Assembly: GCA_964608025.1 (NCBI GenBank)
Contig: CAZSLO010000001.1
Coordinates: forward strand, 3,114-67,113
Direction: 5' to 3'
DNA: 64,000 bases
Source: an uncultured Dehalococcoidia bacterium
GTDB taxonomy: Bacteria > Chloroflexota > Dehalococcoidia > Lucifugimonadales > CAJWER01
The position numbers and the translations under genes were made by a program. This document shows, in pieces, positions 30,804-40,142 of this stretch (the first letter of the stretch is position 1; each line of letters opens with the position of its first letter). The notes under the pieces are model-generated. The model was not told where the DNA came from and searched no databases. It was given only the letters and a program-made list of their open reading frames with translations.

Positions 30804-31883
30804 ATGGAGATTCGTACTTTTTTGGGAAGTAATGAGGAAATTGGACACGCTCAGGGATTAATCGATCCTGCATGGGTTCAAGAACAATTTAGTAAACGAA
30901 AGTTATTACCCCATGATTTCAGCCATCCGTATTTTCGCAAAAACTTGGAATTTATGAAACGAGAATTCCCAGGCTATATAGATCAGATGTCTGCCTTCGG
31001 AGTGTCGGCGGGTTTCAATAATTTCGACGAAGTTTACTTTCACCATATTTATGGCACAGGTGGTGCTCCAGAAGGTTGTTCTGCACTTGGAATAATTCTT
31101 GATGAAGATGGGCCAGCAATGTTGTCTACGAACGATGCTTCAGGATCTGATGGACCGAAAATGGTTTTGAAAGATAGTTATCTAGGTGTTTTTCCTAATC
31201 TCGAACCACATGGATTCGTAGGTATTATGAGACGCAGCGACATATTAGCAGTTCGAACTATTAATGATCGGGGCCTGTCTTTGGGGTGGGCATCTGGACA
31301 CCCCAAGTTTAACTGGCCAGATAACCCGGAGTACCTTAATCTCTATCTAGCACCTTATCTTATTGCCCAATATTGCGGCACTTGCGAAGATGTCAGGCAT
31401 TTTTTGAATCAATATCGAGTATCTGGACTAAAAGGCTATACGGGCACAGCTGTAGATATAGAAGGAAATATTCTAGGAATCGAGGCGGAATCGGAAAGAA
31501 TTGCATTTCGTGAACCAGAGCACGGATTGTTACTAGAGACGAATCATTGGCAGGAATCTTGTTTACAGGAACAGTCTAAGGCGAGTGTTCCAGAATTTTG
31601 GCGGAGTCCGTATTTCAACAATTCTCAAAATAGAATACAGTACCTTTCTTATTTCAATAAAAATTTTATGAAAATGACTTCAATAGAGGAGTTAATAGAT
31701 TTTTCTTTTGATGTCGAAGCACCGGGTCGAATCCTGCAATCGCCGGGCTACAATATAGGAGATTGGACGACCGTATATGCGGTTTTCATGAACTCGCGGG
31801 ACCGTTCTATGCGTGTACATACCTACCCATTGGTAAAAGAAACCTACACGGAAGTTAAATATCCGGTCGTTGGACTGGACTAG
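30804..31883 (+). CDS. C45 family Ntn-hydrolase (acyl-CoA:6-APA acyltransferase-like)
   Basis: About 90-aa propeptide followed by EG|CSALG autocleavage Cys, TND, INDRGL, ETNHW; GGAGG SD. Confidence 0.65.
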   Translation: MEIRTFLGSNEEIGHAQGLIDPAWVQEQFSKRKLLPHDFSHPYFRKNLEFMKREFPGYIDQMSAFGVSAGFNNFDEVYFHHIYGTGGAPEGCSALGIILDEDGPAMLSTNDASGSDGPKMVLKDSYLGVFPNLEPHGFVGIMRRSDILAVRTINDRGLSLGWASGHPKFNWPDNPEYLNLYLAPYLIAQYCGTCEDVRHFLNQYRVSGLKGYTGTAVDIEGNILGIEAESERIAFREPEHGLLLETNHWQESCLQEQSKASVPEFWRSPYFNNSQNRIQYLSYFNKNFMKMTSIEELIDFSFDVEAPGRILQSPGYNIGDWTTVYAVFMNSRDRSMRVHTYPLVKETYTEVKYPVVGLD

Positions 31884-31899
31884 TCAATAAAATTACGAG

Positions 31900-31946
31900 A
31901 AACATCTGTTCGAAACTATTGACTTAAGCACATTTGTTCGTATATT
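31900..31946 (+). promoter_or_regulatory. Sigma70 promoter with two LexA(SOS)-type operators
   Basis: TTGACT (31919-24) N16 TATATT (31941-46); AAAC-ATCT-GTTC (31900-11) and GCAC-ATTT-GTTC (31928-39, inside the spacer), each one mismatch from GAAC-N4-GTTC. Confidence 0.7.
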
Positions 31947-31952
31947 CTGTAT

Positions 31953-32104
31953 AACCAGTTATATATCGAGACGCTCTGGTAATAGCAACTGGCGCTCCTG
32001 TTACCACACCCTCAAAGAACACAAGGTGTCTACCCCCTCGACTAGTTAGAGATGGAGCGCTAATTTGAAGACACGGCTCATCCACCGGGCCGTGTCTTCT
32101 TGTT
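31953..32104 (+). ncRNA. Putative structured small RNA, SOS-regulated
   Basis: Promoter and terminator bracket about 150 nt with no ORF; pairings GCGCTCC/GGAGCGC, ACACC/GGTGT, CCAGTT/AACTGG, alternative TGGTAATAG/CTGTTACCA. Confidence 0.55.
32067..32104 (+). terminator. Intrinsic terminator
   Basis: GAAGACACGGCTC-ATCCACC-GGGCCGTGTCTTC (13-bp stem, one G:U) followed by TTGTT. Confidence 0.75.
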
Positions 32105-32305
32105 ATATATCTGTTGTGGAATCAGCTCTTGTATTGAATTGATGAGTCATTTGTATTGGATAAGTTGAGCATAGTATCGATAGCAGATTGCGGAGGATTG
32201 CTTACCGAATCTTTATGACAGTAATTTCCAGCGGATCTTACTGAAAATATCACTGGCAGGCCGTTTCGATATCAATCGTTTCAAGCCCGTTTAGTACAAT
32301 ATTTT

Positions 32306-34075
32306 TTATACGGTTCTACCGAACTCCCGTTCCAAACGGGTTAATGGCATATGGATCATGGTAGGCCTACCGTGAGGACAAGAATGAGGATGTTGACAGA
32401 TCTCTAATTGGCGTATAAGTTCTGACATCTCTTGTACGGTAAGTGTGTCCCCGGCTCTAATGGCGCCGTGGCAAGCGATAGAATAAGCAGCTCGCTCTTC
32501 CCAACTTTCGAAGCCACCACCTTCTGCCATTGTATCCAGGATGTCAATTAAGGCTTGGCCATGGTCAGTGCTTGGGAGTAGGGCTGAAACTGCCCTAATT
32601 ATATATGTGCCATCTCCAAAAGATTCTGTGATGAAACCGAGTTTATTGACCAAGTGTTGGTGTGCATTTAATATTTCTTGCTGCCGGGTATCCAATTCAA
32701 TTGTCTCGGGTTCTATCAGGCTTTGTGGTTCCATATCCTTCGCAAAGTACTCTCCATTTACTCTTTCAAAAAGAACCCGTTCGTGGGCTGCGTGTTGATC
32801 AATTAGATATAGGCCGTCTGGTCCTTCGCTGATTATATAAGTGTTATTTATCTGGCCTAGTACCCTTAATGCCGGCAGAGTAGTTTTTGGCAGCATAGGC
32901 TGCTGGTTGTTCGTGTTTTCTCCCAATGAATGGTCAAATTTGGGAGCATTGGTAATGGATTCGGAAGACTGTTCAATCGAATCTTTATTTTGGATCGAAT
33001 CGGGGGATAGCGCTGAAGTAGTATTGAAATGCGACTGTGTGGAAGTTGGTGCTGTACCTACCTGTGGTACAGGGGAGCTTGCAACTAGTGCATTGCGGAC
33101 GGCTTGTTGGATTGTCGAGAAGGACTCTCCTTCTCGGCGGAACCTAACTTCTACCTTTGAAGGATGGACGTTGACATCGATATCTTCCGGGGAGATTTTC
33201 ACATTAATGATCGCAATCGGGAATCGCCGTTCCATTAAAAACCCACGGTATGCATTTTGGATGCAGTAGGTTAGCATTCTATTCTGCACCCAGCGTTTGT
33301 TTACGAACGTCATCATATGGCTACGGTTTGAACGGGATATCGATCCTGGGCTGACCATCCCATGTACTGCTGGTCGCACTGGATCGGTTTGCGGCGAACT
33401 TACATCTATTTCTATCATGGAGTGGGCTATGTTAGCGCCATATATGTCCGAGACAACTTCGCGAAGATTACCTGATCCTGTTGTTTTAACAGAAGACTTG
33501 CCGTTTAACGTCAACTCGAATTTGACTGAAGGATAGGCCAATGCATATCTGGAAACAACGGTTTGTATTCGAGATGATTCAGAAGCGACTGACCTTAAAA
33601 ATTTTCTGCGTGCCGGGAAATTTGCAAACAGTTCTCGAACGGTGATTGTAGTACCTGATCTGGACGCGGACGGTCCTGAGGAGACTATTTTACCTTCGGA
33701 AACTTCAATCTGCCGACCTTCATGGCTGTCTTTCGATTTGGACACTAGTGTCATATGAGAAATCGCTGCTACGCTTGGTAAGGCCTCACCACGGAAACCT
33801 AGGGTAGATATAGACTCAAGATCCGGTACCGTAGTTAGCTTGCTTGTTGCAAATCTCTCGAACGCTAATTCGGTCTGGCTCGGTTCTATCCCGAATCCGT
33901 TGTCGGTGATCCGGATTTCGTCTAATCCACCGTTGGAGATTTCGATTATTACTTCGCTGCTGGCAGCGTCCAGAGAGTTCTCCAGCAATTCTTTTACTAC
34001 CGAGGCAGGATGCTCTATTACCTCGCCTGCGGCGATTTTAGAAGACACTTCTTGAGGTAGCAATCGTATTGTCAA
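32306..34075 (-). CDS. mutL: DNA mismatch repair endonuclease MutL
   Basis: IAAGEVIE, KELLENSLDA, GFRGEALPS, DQHAAHER, ACH, CPHGRP. Confidence 0.97.
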   Translation of the reverse strand: MTIRLLPQEVSSKIAAGEVIEHPASVVKELLENSLDAASSEVIIEISNGGLDEIRITDNGFGIEPSQTELAFERFATSKLTTVPDLESISTLGFRGEALPSVAAISHMTLVSKSKDSHEGRQIEVSEGKIVSSGPSASRSGTTITVRELFANFPARRKFLRSVASESSRIQTVVSRYALAYPSVKFELTLNGKSSVKTTGSGNLREVVSDIYGANIAHSMIEIDVSSPQTDPVRPAVHGMVSPGSISRSNRSHMMTFVNKRWVQNRMLTYCIQNAYRGFLMERRFPIAIINVKISPEDIDVNVHPSKVEVRFRREGESFSTIQQAVRNALVASSPVPQVGTAPTSTQSHFNTTSALSPDSIQNKDSIEQSSESITNAPKFDHSLGENTNNQQPMLPKTTLPALRVLGQINNTYIISEGPDGLYLIDQHAAHERVLFERVNGEYFAKDMEPQSLIEPETIELDTRQQEILNAHQHLVNKLGFITESFGDGTYIIRAVSALLPSTDHGQALIDILDTMAEGGGFESWEERAAYSIACHGAIRAGDTLTVQEMSELIRQLEICQHPHSCPHGRPTMIHMPLTRLEREFGRTV

Positions 34076-34218
34076 TGGTTTAATTTACCTTAACCCTGCT
34101 ATTAATGGTATGAGCGGGTACCAGGACACCGAATAAATCCAATTATTAAAGCGGATTAGTTTCAGTGAGGTATCCTATTGTTTCGTTTACGTTCAGTGGA
34201 ATATACGAGGAGGCATAC

Positions 34219-35187
34219 ATGGGTAATTTACCAACCCTACTTGAGGTTATAGATGCGCGGCGCAGAATTCAACGGCATATTGTTCGGACCCCTCTTCACC
34301 ATTATCCGTCTCTCGATCAGTTGATAGGAGCGGAAGTGTACGTAAAGCATGAAAACCATCAACTATTGGGCTCTTTTAAAATGAGAGGAGCCTTAAATGT
34401 CGTATCACAACTGACAGATCGTGAGAAAAAACTTGGGGTGATATGTGCATCAACGGGTAATTTTGGCCAAGGTGTAGCTTACGCCGCGAATCAATTCGGA
34501 GTTAGTGCAGTTGTGGTTATGCCGGAAGACTCCAACATAGACAAGATTGATTCCATGCGTAGATTAGGCGCCGATACACTTTTCCATGGAAAGGACTTTG
34601 ATGATGCCCGGGAATATGCAGAGCAATTGTCCAGGGACAAGGGATATGCGTATGTGCACTCTGCAAACGATCCTGGACTAGTGTTGGGAGTCGGAACATA
34701 TTCTCTGGAAATCATGGAAGACCTACCTGACGTAGAGGCCATTATTGTACCGGTGGGAGGAGGTAGTGGTGTATGCGGAGCTTGTGTTGTTTCAAAGGCA
34801 CTCAACCCAGATGTTCAAGTATATGGGGTTCAGTCTAGTGCAGCGAATGCTGCATATTTATCTTGGAAGCAAGGGCAAATAATCCAATCTACTATGGGTA
34901 CAGGTGCGGAGGGACTTGCTACTAGAAGTGGGTATGAATATACGCAGGCTATCATGCGGGAATTGATGGATGATTTTATACTAGTGTCTGAAGAAGAATT
35001 GGACCGGGCGGTGATTTTGCATTTGGAGAATTCCCATAATCTTACAGAGCACGCAGGTGCTGCATCACTTGCGGGGGCACTCCAAATTAAGGAGAAGTTG
35101 ACAGGTAAAAAAATCGCACTTGTTATGAGCGGAGGAAACATAACCGTTGATCAACTTCAAGATTTGTTGAATCGATATCGGTCATGA
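34219..35187 (+). CDS. PLP-dependent threonine/serine dehydratase
   Basis: KHEN.Q..GSFKMRGA, STGNFG, PVGGGSG, MSGGN; ATG 34219 behind GAGGAGG. Confidence 0.88.
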   Translation: MGNLPTLLEVIDARRRIQRHIVRTPLHHYPSLDQLIGAEVYVKHENHQLLGSFKMRGALNVVSQLTDREKKLGVICASTGNFGQGVAYAANQFGVSAVVVMPEDSNIDKIDSMRRLGADTLFHGKDFDDAREYAEQLSRDKGYAYVHSANDPGLVLGVGTYSLEIMEDLPDVEAIIVPVGGGSGVCGACVVSKALNPDVQVYGVQSSAANAAYLSWKQGQIIQSTMGTGAEGLATRSGYEYTQAIMRELMDDFILVSEEELDRAVILHLENSHNLTEHAGAASLAGALQIKEKLTGKKIALVMSGGNITVDQLQDLLNRYRS

Positions 35188-35292
35188 TTTACGCAGGGAT
35201 TTGTTTAAGCTAGTTAATGAACTAATGGGTTGCTATTTTTGTTAGAGAACGGGATTTAGATTGCAGTTTGGCTTATTCGTCTCTTCACATCG

Positions 35293-36294
35293 TTATGTGT
35301 CTTGATTCAACATCTCTTCCTTGATGTGTTTCACAATTCTAGGACCACGAAAAACGATACCTGTGTAGATTTGGACCGTAGTGGCCCCAGCCTCCATCGC
35401 TTGTAGCGCGTGGTATCCAGTAAATATACCTCCGCAAGCGTTGATCGCCATTTCGGGACCCACTTCTTTACGTGCATCCCGTACTAGGTTCAGCATCTTG
35501 GCGTAGATGGGTCGCCCGCTGAGCCCTCCTTCTTTAACTGAAAGCCGGTCATCTTTGACTGGTTGAGTGTTTGAGATTGTTAACCCATCTACACCATTAT
35601 CGCGGCATGTACGGATCAGGGACAGGATGCCATCTGACTCGTTGAGATTTCCACTTGTATAGGGAGGGAGTTTAATTATTAAAGGTTTGTTTCGTATTTG
35701 GTTTATTGCATAGAGTAATTTAGATAAAGAGTTTGATTTGTGGAAAATCCTGAGGCCTTTGGTATTCGGGGAACTGATATTAACCTCTATAGCATCGGCC
35801 AGTGGTTCTATTGCTTGATAGCAATTCACGATGTCAGAGATATCGGTACCGGATACACTGACCACTATTGGCGTGTTCATGATTTTCTTGCGAGCTTCCT
35901 CGAGTTCTTTTCTGGCTTCAATCAGTCCTTGTCCTGGAAATCCTAGTGCATTAACGAGTGATTTGTTACTTGGATTGCGGAACATTCTAGGTCTCGGATT
36001 GCCAGGTTTAGCTTCTGCTGTTACTGTCCCAGCAACTAAATATCCGAATCCCCAATGAGATAGAGAAGGAAGCAGCCTACATTCTTTGTCGAACCCTGCA
36101 GCTAGACCGATGGGGTTCTTGAGCTGAAATCCGCACCACTTAGTGCGGAGCGCAGAGTCCTCTAGCTTAAAATAGGGCTCCAAAGATTTCCACAGAGACT
36201 CGACTTGTAAAGTATTTTCAGCCAGCTTCTGTGCTGTCTCTGCCTGAAGCGTGAATAGGATAGGACGTAAAATATATTTATATAGGTTTGGCAC
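35293..36294 (-). CDS. pyrD: Dihydroorotate dehydrogenase (class 2)
   Basis: NPIGLAAGFDK, GNPRPRMFR, NISSPNT, KLPP, GGLSGRPI. Confidence 0.9.
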   Translation of the reverse strand: MPNLYKYILRPILFTLQAETAQKLAENTLQVESLWKSLEPYFKLEDSALRTKWCGFQLKNPIGLAAGFDKECRLLPSLSHWGFGYLVAGTVTAEAKPGNPRPRMFRNPSNKSLVNALGFPGQGLIEARKELEEARKKIMNTPIVVSVSGTDISDIVNCYQAIEPLADAIEVNISSPNTKGLRIFHKSNSLSKLLYAINQIRNKPLIIKLPPYTSGNLNESDGILSLIRTCRDNGVDGLTISNTQPVKDDRLSVKEGGLSGRPIYAKMLNLVRDARKEVGPEMAINACGGIFTGYHALQAMEAGATTVQIYTGIVFRGPRIVKHIKEEMLNQDT

Positions 36295-36394
36295 AAGGCC
36301 TCCCTGGATTTAGCCTGGTAAATTATATGCCATATTTGGAGAGTAATTGAGTTGACGTATAATGGTGGGACAAACAGGAGGATACACCAGTCTA

Positions 36395-37162
36395 GTGGAT
36401 GCTACTTTCGATAGAGGCGATGAACAGTTCCCAAAGGGCCATGCCCTAATATATTTCCGTAACAACATGGATCATGAAGAGATTTGGGCTACCTATGTGG
36501 TGATATTGCCTATTGCCGTGGATGTTAGCAAATATGTACCTCCTTTTCTGATGGATCAGGTTAGCCAGATGGGACCCAAGGAACTGTCGGCATTCGCTTT
36601 CCCTCCAGCTCCTGAATTACTTGGGGACTACGGGATACTTGAAGAACTCGCTACTCGCCGAGAGGATGATATTTTGTATTGTGGGACTATAAATACTAAC
36701 GATTTGCCTGCGGCTATGATGGCCATCAACGAAGTGGTACAGGCATATTCAGAGAAATACATTGAAGTTGTTGGTATAGCAACAGCAGGTGGACCGAGTG
36801 ATGAAGACGATGAGGATGGTGGCCTCAGTGTTAACGAGGTGCTTTATGATTTGATGAACGATTCTGACAAGCTGGGTGAATTGACCAAGCTTGTGGGCCA
36901 ACTCAAGTTTGCAGTGGATGGTAGCAACCAGGAGGAAATCCACCAGGCGGAGCAGGAGTTGATCTTGCTCGCCAAACATTTGCCATCGGGACACCAGGTT
37001 CACCAGTTGGTAGCAGCGGTGAAATTAAGCGATAGTAGTAGCGCAAAGCTAGCGGACCTCTATCTTCAGCGATGTTACTGCCTTGTAAATGAGGACTATA
37101 GGAAGATCGCGGAGATCGATGAACAACTTGTCACCCTTGAATCTGACGGTCCTGATGTCTAG
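36395..37162 (+). CDS. Acidic hypothetical protein
   Basis: Long ORF; GTG 36395 behind GGAGG with TATAAT at 36358-63; no recognised motif. Confidence 0.7.
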   Translation: MDATFDRGDEQFPKGHALIYFRNNMDHEEIWATYVVILPIAVDVSKYVPPFLMDQVSQMGPKELSAFAFPPAPELLGDYGILEELATRREDDILYCGTINTNDLPAAMMAINEVVQAYSEKYIEVVGIATAGGPSDEDDEDGGLSVNEVLYDLMNDSDKLGELTKLVGQLKFAVDGSNQEEIHQAEQELILLAKHLPSGHQVHQLVAAVKLSDSSSAKLADLYLQRCYCLVNEDYRKIAEIDEQLVTLESDGPDV

Positions 37163-37278
37163 CGTTTGCTAGACGCATAGAACACCCATTTTCATATCCT
37201 AAATGTTGCTTACAAGCGTTGAATCCTTAAATAACCAGGATCTACGCACGATGAAAAATGATCGAGAGGTAAATACTA

Positions 37279-37473
37279 ATGGCTCACAATAAAATCACTC
37301 ACACTTTCGATCTAAGAAATGACCAACTAGATTGGCTTGACCAAATTGTAGAAGAATATGGCTTGCCAGATGAAGAGAAGGCGCTTCGAATCTTGCTAGA
37401 TTACGCGATCCAGGATGGTGATAAGGATCTCATATTTTCCGATGAAAATATGAGATGTAGATACTGTGGTTAA
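37279..37473 (+). CDS. Small hypothetical protein, ribbon-helix-helix-like, C-terminal CxxCG
   Basis: GAGG SD; beta-alpha-alpha pattern THTFDL..DQLDWL...EKALRILLDYA; ends CRYCG. Confidence 0.65.
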   Translation: MAHNKITHTFDLRNDQLDWLDQIVEEYGLPDEEKALRILLDYAIQDGDKDLIFSDENMRCRYCG

Positions 37474-37494
37474 GAACTGGATAGGATTCAATTC

Positions 37495-38988
37495 TTGACA
37501 GGACAGGTATTTTCTGGACGCCGCAAAAGAAGGGTCATATACAACGATGATGCCGATCAACAATACATCGGATCTCGGCGTTATGGCTATGATATTGTCG
37601 ACAACAATTCTTTCATCGATTCTCGTACCAGGCCTACTTTTGGAACCCATGTAGACACGTATGTTTGGTGTCTGGGTAACGGATCTGAGCCGCCTTGGGC
37701 TGGCTCAGCTACTCTACTACCATCTATAAAATCTAGCGGGATGGCCAGTGATCTTGTTGTAGATGCTTGTCATAGCAACGACCTAGAGGTTTGGGGCTCG
37801 CTCCGTATGAATGATATCCACGATTCGCTACGAGCGAACCACCTTAAAGATACAGATGATCCTGTTAAAGCTCGGCACCCTGATTGGTTGCTTGGCCCCT
37901 TGGAGAATCGCAAATTACCAGAGGAATTCTCAGAATTTTATCTGTGGACCGCCTTTAACTACGCTCTACCTGAGGTACGGGATTACAGATTATCCTTTAT
38001 TGAACGGACTGCTTCAGAACATGATTTTGATGGCTACGAACTGGATTTTACCCGTACGATATATAACTTCCCGCTTGGAGAGGGCCGGCAGTATTCTCAC
38101 TTTATGACCGAGTTTATAGTGGATACCAGCGCTGTTTTAGATTCTATAGGAAAACATCGTGGCCGTCCTTACACTCGGGTAGTTCACGTTACGGACTCAC
38201 CATCCACTTCTCTGGATCTCGGACTAGATGTGGAGATGTGGCTCGACCAAGGCCTTGTGGATGTTCTAGTCGTAGGTATGGGTTATACCCCATACGCGTT
38301 GAGATTGGACGATTGGCTTGATTTGGCTGGATCGTATGGAGTACCAGTATACCCAACTATTAATACAAATACCTTTGGGAATGCTTGGACGAAGCTCCAT
38401 GGTAGGCCAATGTATCACGAGGCGTTGCGAGCCGTTTCTTCTTATTATTGGCAGGAAGGTGCCGATGGACTCTATGTGTTTAACCTGTTCGATATGAGAA
38501 CAGGTTCTGACGAACATGCCAGGCCATCATATATGTATTCGGAGGATGCTGACTATATTCACGCGCCCTTGAGAGAGATCGGGGATGTTCGGGAATTAGT
38601 GGGCAGGAACAAGCTTTACAGTATTCAGCCTGTCGAAGATCGTGGTCGTCATCAACTTGGTTGCGAACCTGCGCCTTTACCGGTTGCACTTGACCGTAAT
38701 GAGCATGTGTTACCTTTACGAGTAGGCCCTGATGTAGTCGATAGTCTTGCAAGGATATCTATCAGGGTGCTTACCTCAGGTGGGACTGAAGATACGTTAT
38801 TGTGGATTAGGGTAAACAATAAGCTTTTTAAGCCTATTCGTAATGGGGACTCGTGGGAGACTAATATCCAATCAGGGATATTAAGACCTGGGGAGAATGC
38901 GTTATCAATAGGATGTAACGAATCTCTCTCAACTACGACCAATCCTGTGCTGGTGCATCGAGTGTTCACATCCGCAATATATACGTAG
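37495..38988 (+). CDS. Putative TIM-barrel glycoside hydrolase-like (GHL10-like) protein
   Basis: VIYNDD, SLRMNDIH, NYALPEVR, DFDGYELDF.R, GADGLYVFN; C-terminal beta domain (LRPGEN). Confidence 0.6.
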   Translation: MTGQVFSGRRKRRVIYNDDADQQYIGSRRYGYDIVDNNSFIDSRTRPTFGTHVDTYVWCLGNGSEPPWAGSATLLPSIKSSGMASDLVVDACHSNDLEVWGSLRMNDIHDSLRANHLKDTDDPVKARHPDWLLGPLENRKLPEEFSEFYLWTAFNYALPEVRDYRLSFIERTASEHDFDGYELDFTRTIYNFPLGEGRQYSHFMTEFIVDTSAVLDSIGKHRGRPYTRVVHVTDSPSTSLDLGLDVEMWLDQGLVDVLVVGMGYTPYALRLDDWLDLAGSYGVPVYPTINTNTFGNAWTKLHGRPMYHEALRAVSSYYWQEGADGLYVFNLFDMRTGSDEHARPSYMYSEDADYIHAPLREIGDVRELVGRNKLYSIQPVEDRGRHQLGCEPAPLPVALDRNEHVLPLRVGPDVVDSLARISIRVLTSGGTEDTLLWIRVNNKLFKPIRNGDSWETNIQSGILRPGENALSIGCNESLSTTTNPVLVHRVFTSAIYT

Positions 38989-39205
38989 TTTCACTACTCT
39001 ATTAATCTCAACAGTAATTATCTGTCGATTGGCATTATTGAAAAAGAGAGAATCAGTCGGTGATTTCAATGATTGGTGTTTTTGTTACTTATTGATACCG
39101 TAGATAAAGTATGATTTGAAGGATTCGGAATGGTTGCGACCATATGGTAGTTCTTGTTAACCTTCGGATCTGCTACAACCATTGATGAAAAAAAGGAGAC
39201 CTCGT

Positions 39206-39673
39206 ATGAGATTACTAGATTCTTTGTTGAACAGGCTGCCTATTGGAGAGGCTTATGCTCATTGTGATATACCTTGCGGTATCTATGATCCTATAACTGC
39301 AAAGATCGCTGCGCAGACAGTACAAAAAATGGTTCTCCGCATGGAATCGATGCAGGACGGGGTATCGGATGCATCTAGCCTGGCGACACTAAGCCGATAT
39401 ACTGCTGTTAAGGAACAGCATGCAGACTTAGTAAAGCACGAGGTGGATGTTCTTTGGCATGATTACTTCAAGCCTGAGCATCTGGAAAAATACCCGGATC
39501 TTCATACGACAGTTTGGGAGACGACCAAAGCTGCTTCGGCAAACAAACAGAATGTAGATATGGATTCGGCGAAGCAACTTGTTGAATTGGTAGATAAGAT
39601 CGCAACTATATTTTGGGCTACCAAGGGTGTCGATTATAAAGATACGGTTTCAGAAGTTCGTTTCGGGACCTAG
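39206..39673 (+). CDS. sodN: Nickel superoxide dismutase precursor
   Basis: Leader ...EAYA then Ni-hook HCDIPCGIYDP; LWHDYFKP, FWATK; AGGAG SD. Confidence 0.95.
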   Translation: MRLLDSLLNRLPIGEAYAHCDIPCGIYDPITAKIAAQTVQKMVLRMESMQDGVSDASSLATLSRYTAVKEQHADLVKHEVDVLWHDYFKPEHLEKYPDLHTTVWETTKAASANKQNVDMDSAKQLVELVDKIATIFWATKGVDYKDTVSEVRFGT

Positions 39674-39697
39674 AACACATACTACTTTACCAATGTT

Positions 39698-39728
39698 AAA
39701 GGGCCCCGGGTTTGATCGGGGCCCTTTT
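39698..39728. terminator. Intrinsic (likely bidirectional) terminator between sodN and the cupin gene
   Basis: AAAGGGCCCCG-GGTTTGAT-CGGGGCCCTTTT. Confidence 0.8.
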
Positions 39729-39807
39729 CTACCAAAGTGGTGATTTGGTTATGTTGTGTCAGCTTTCAAAGCATACTTAGATACATTGCATGATAGTTAA
39801 TTAACCC

Positions 39808-40134
39808 TCACTTGTATTCTTCGCGTGGGGGAGAAAAAATATCTAGTACTAGGACCCAGCCATCTATTGCTCGTGCGCTGTGGTCTACTCCCCCCGGGAT
39901 AACGTAAGAATCGCCTGGCCTAAGCTGTCTAGTCTCCTCCCCAATTGTCATTTCCAATACCCCCTCCAGCATAGTGCCTACTTGTTCATGGGGATGTGAA
40001 TGGATGGGTACCTCAGATCCCGGCGATATCTCGATATGGCTCATCATAATCTTGTCACCCCATATTGGGCGCAATGTTACTCCGGACACCAGTTCTTTAC
40101 GGATAATCTTTGAAGAATCGTGGAAGTGTGACAT
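39808..40134 (-). CDS. Cupin domain protein
   Basis: [26 protein letters not shown] 40134 behind AGGAG. Confidence 0.85.
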   Translation of the reverse strand: MSHFHDSSKIIRKELVSGVTLRPIWGDKIMMSHIEISPGSEVPIHSHPHEQVGTMLEGVLEMTIGEETRQLRPGDSYVIPGGVDHSARAIDGWVLVLDIFSPPREEYK

Positions 40135-40142
40135 TGGTTCTC

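Noticed and set aside
31953..32104. 6S RNA, SRP RNA or tmRNA identity for the intergenic RNA
   Set aside because: No long rod with central bubble, no SRP GGAA/AGCAG domain, no tRNA-like ends or tag ORF are visible.
39121..39190. NiCo (czcD) riboswitch upstream of sodN
   Set aside because: The conserved G-rich four-way junction sequences are not recognisable; kept only as an unassigned structured leader.
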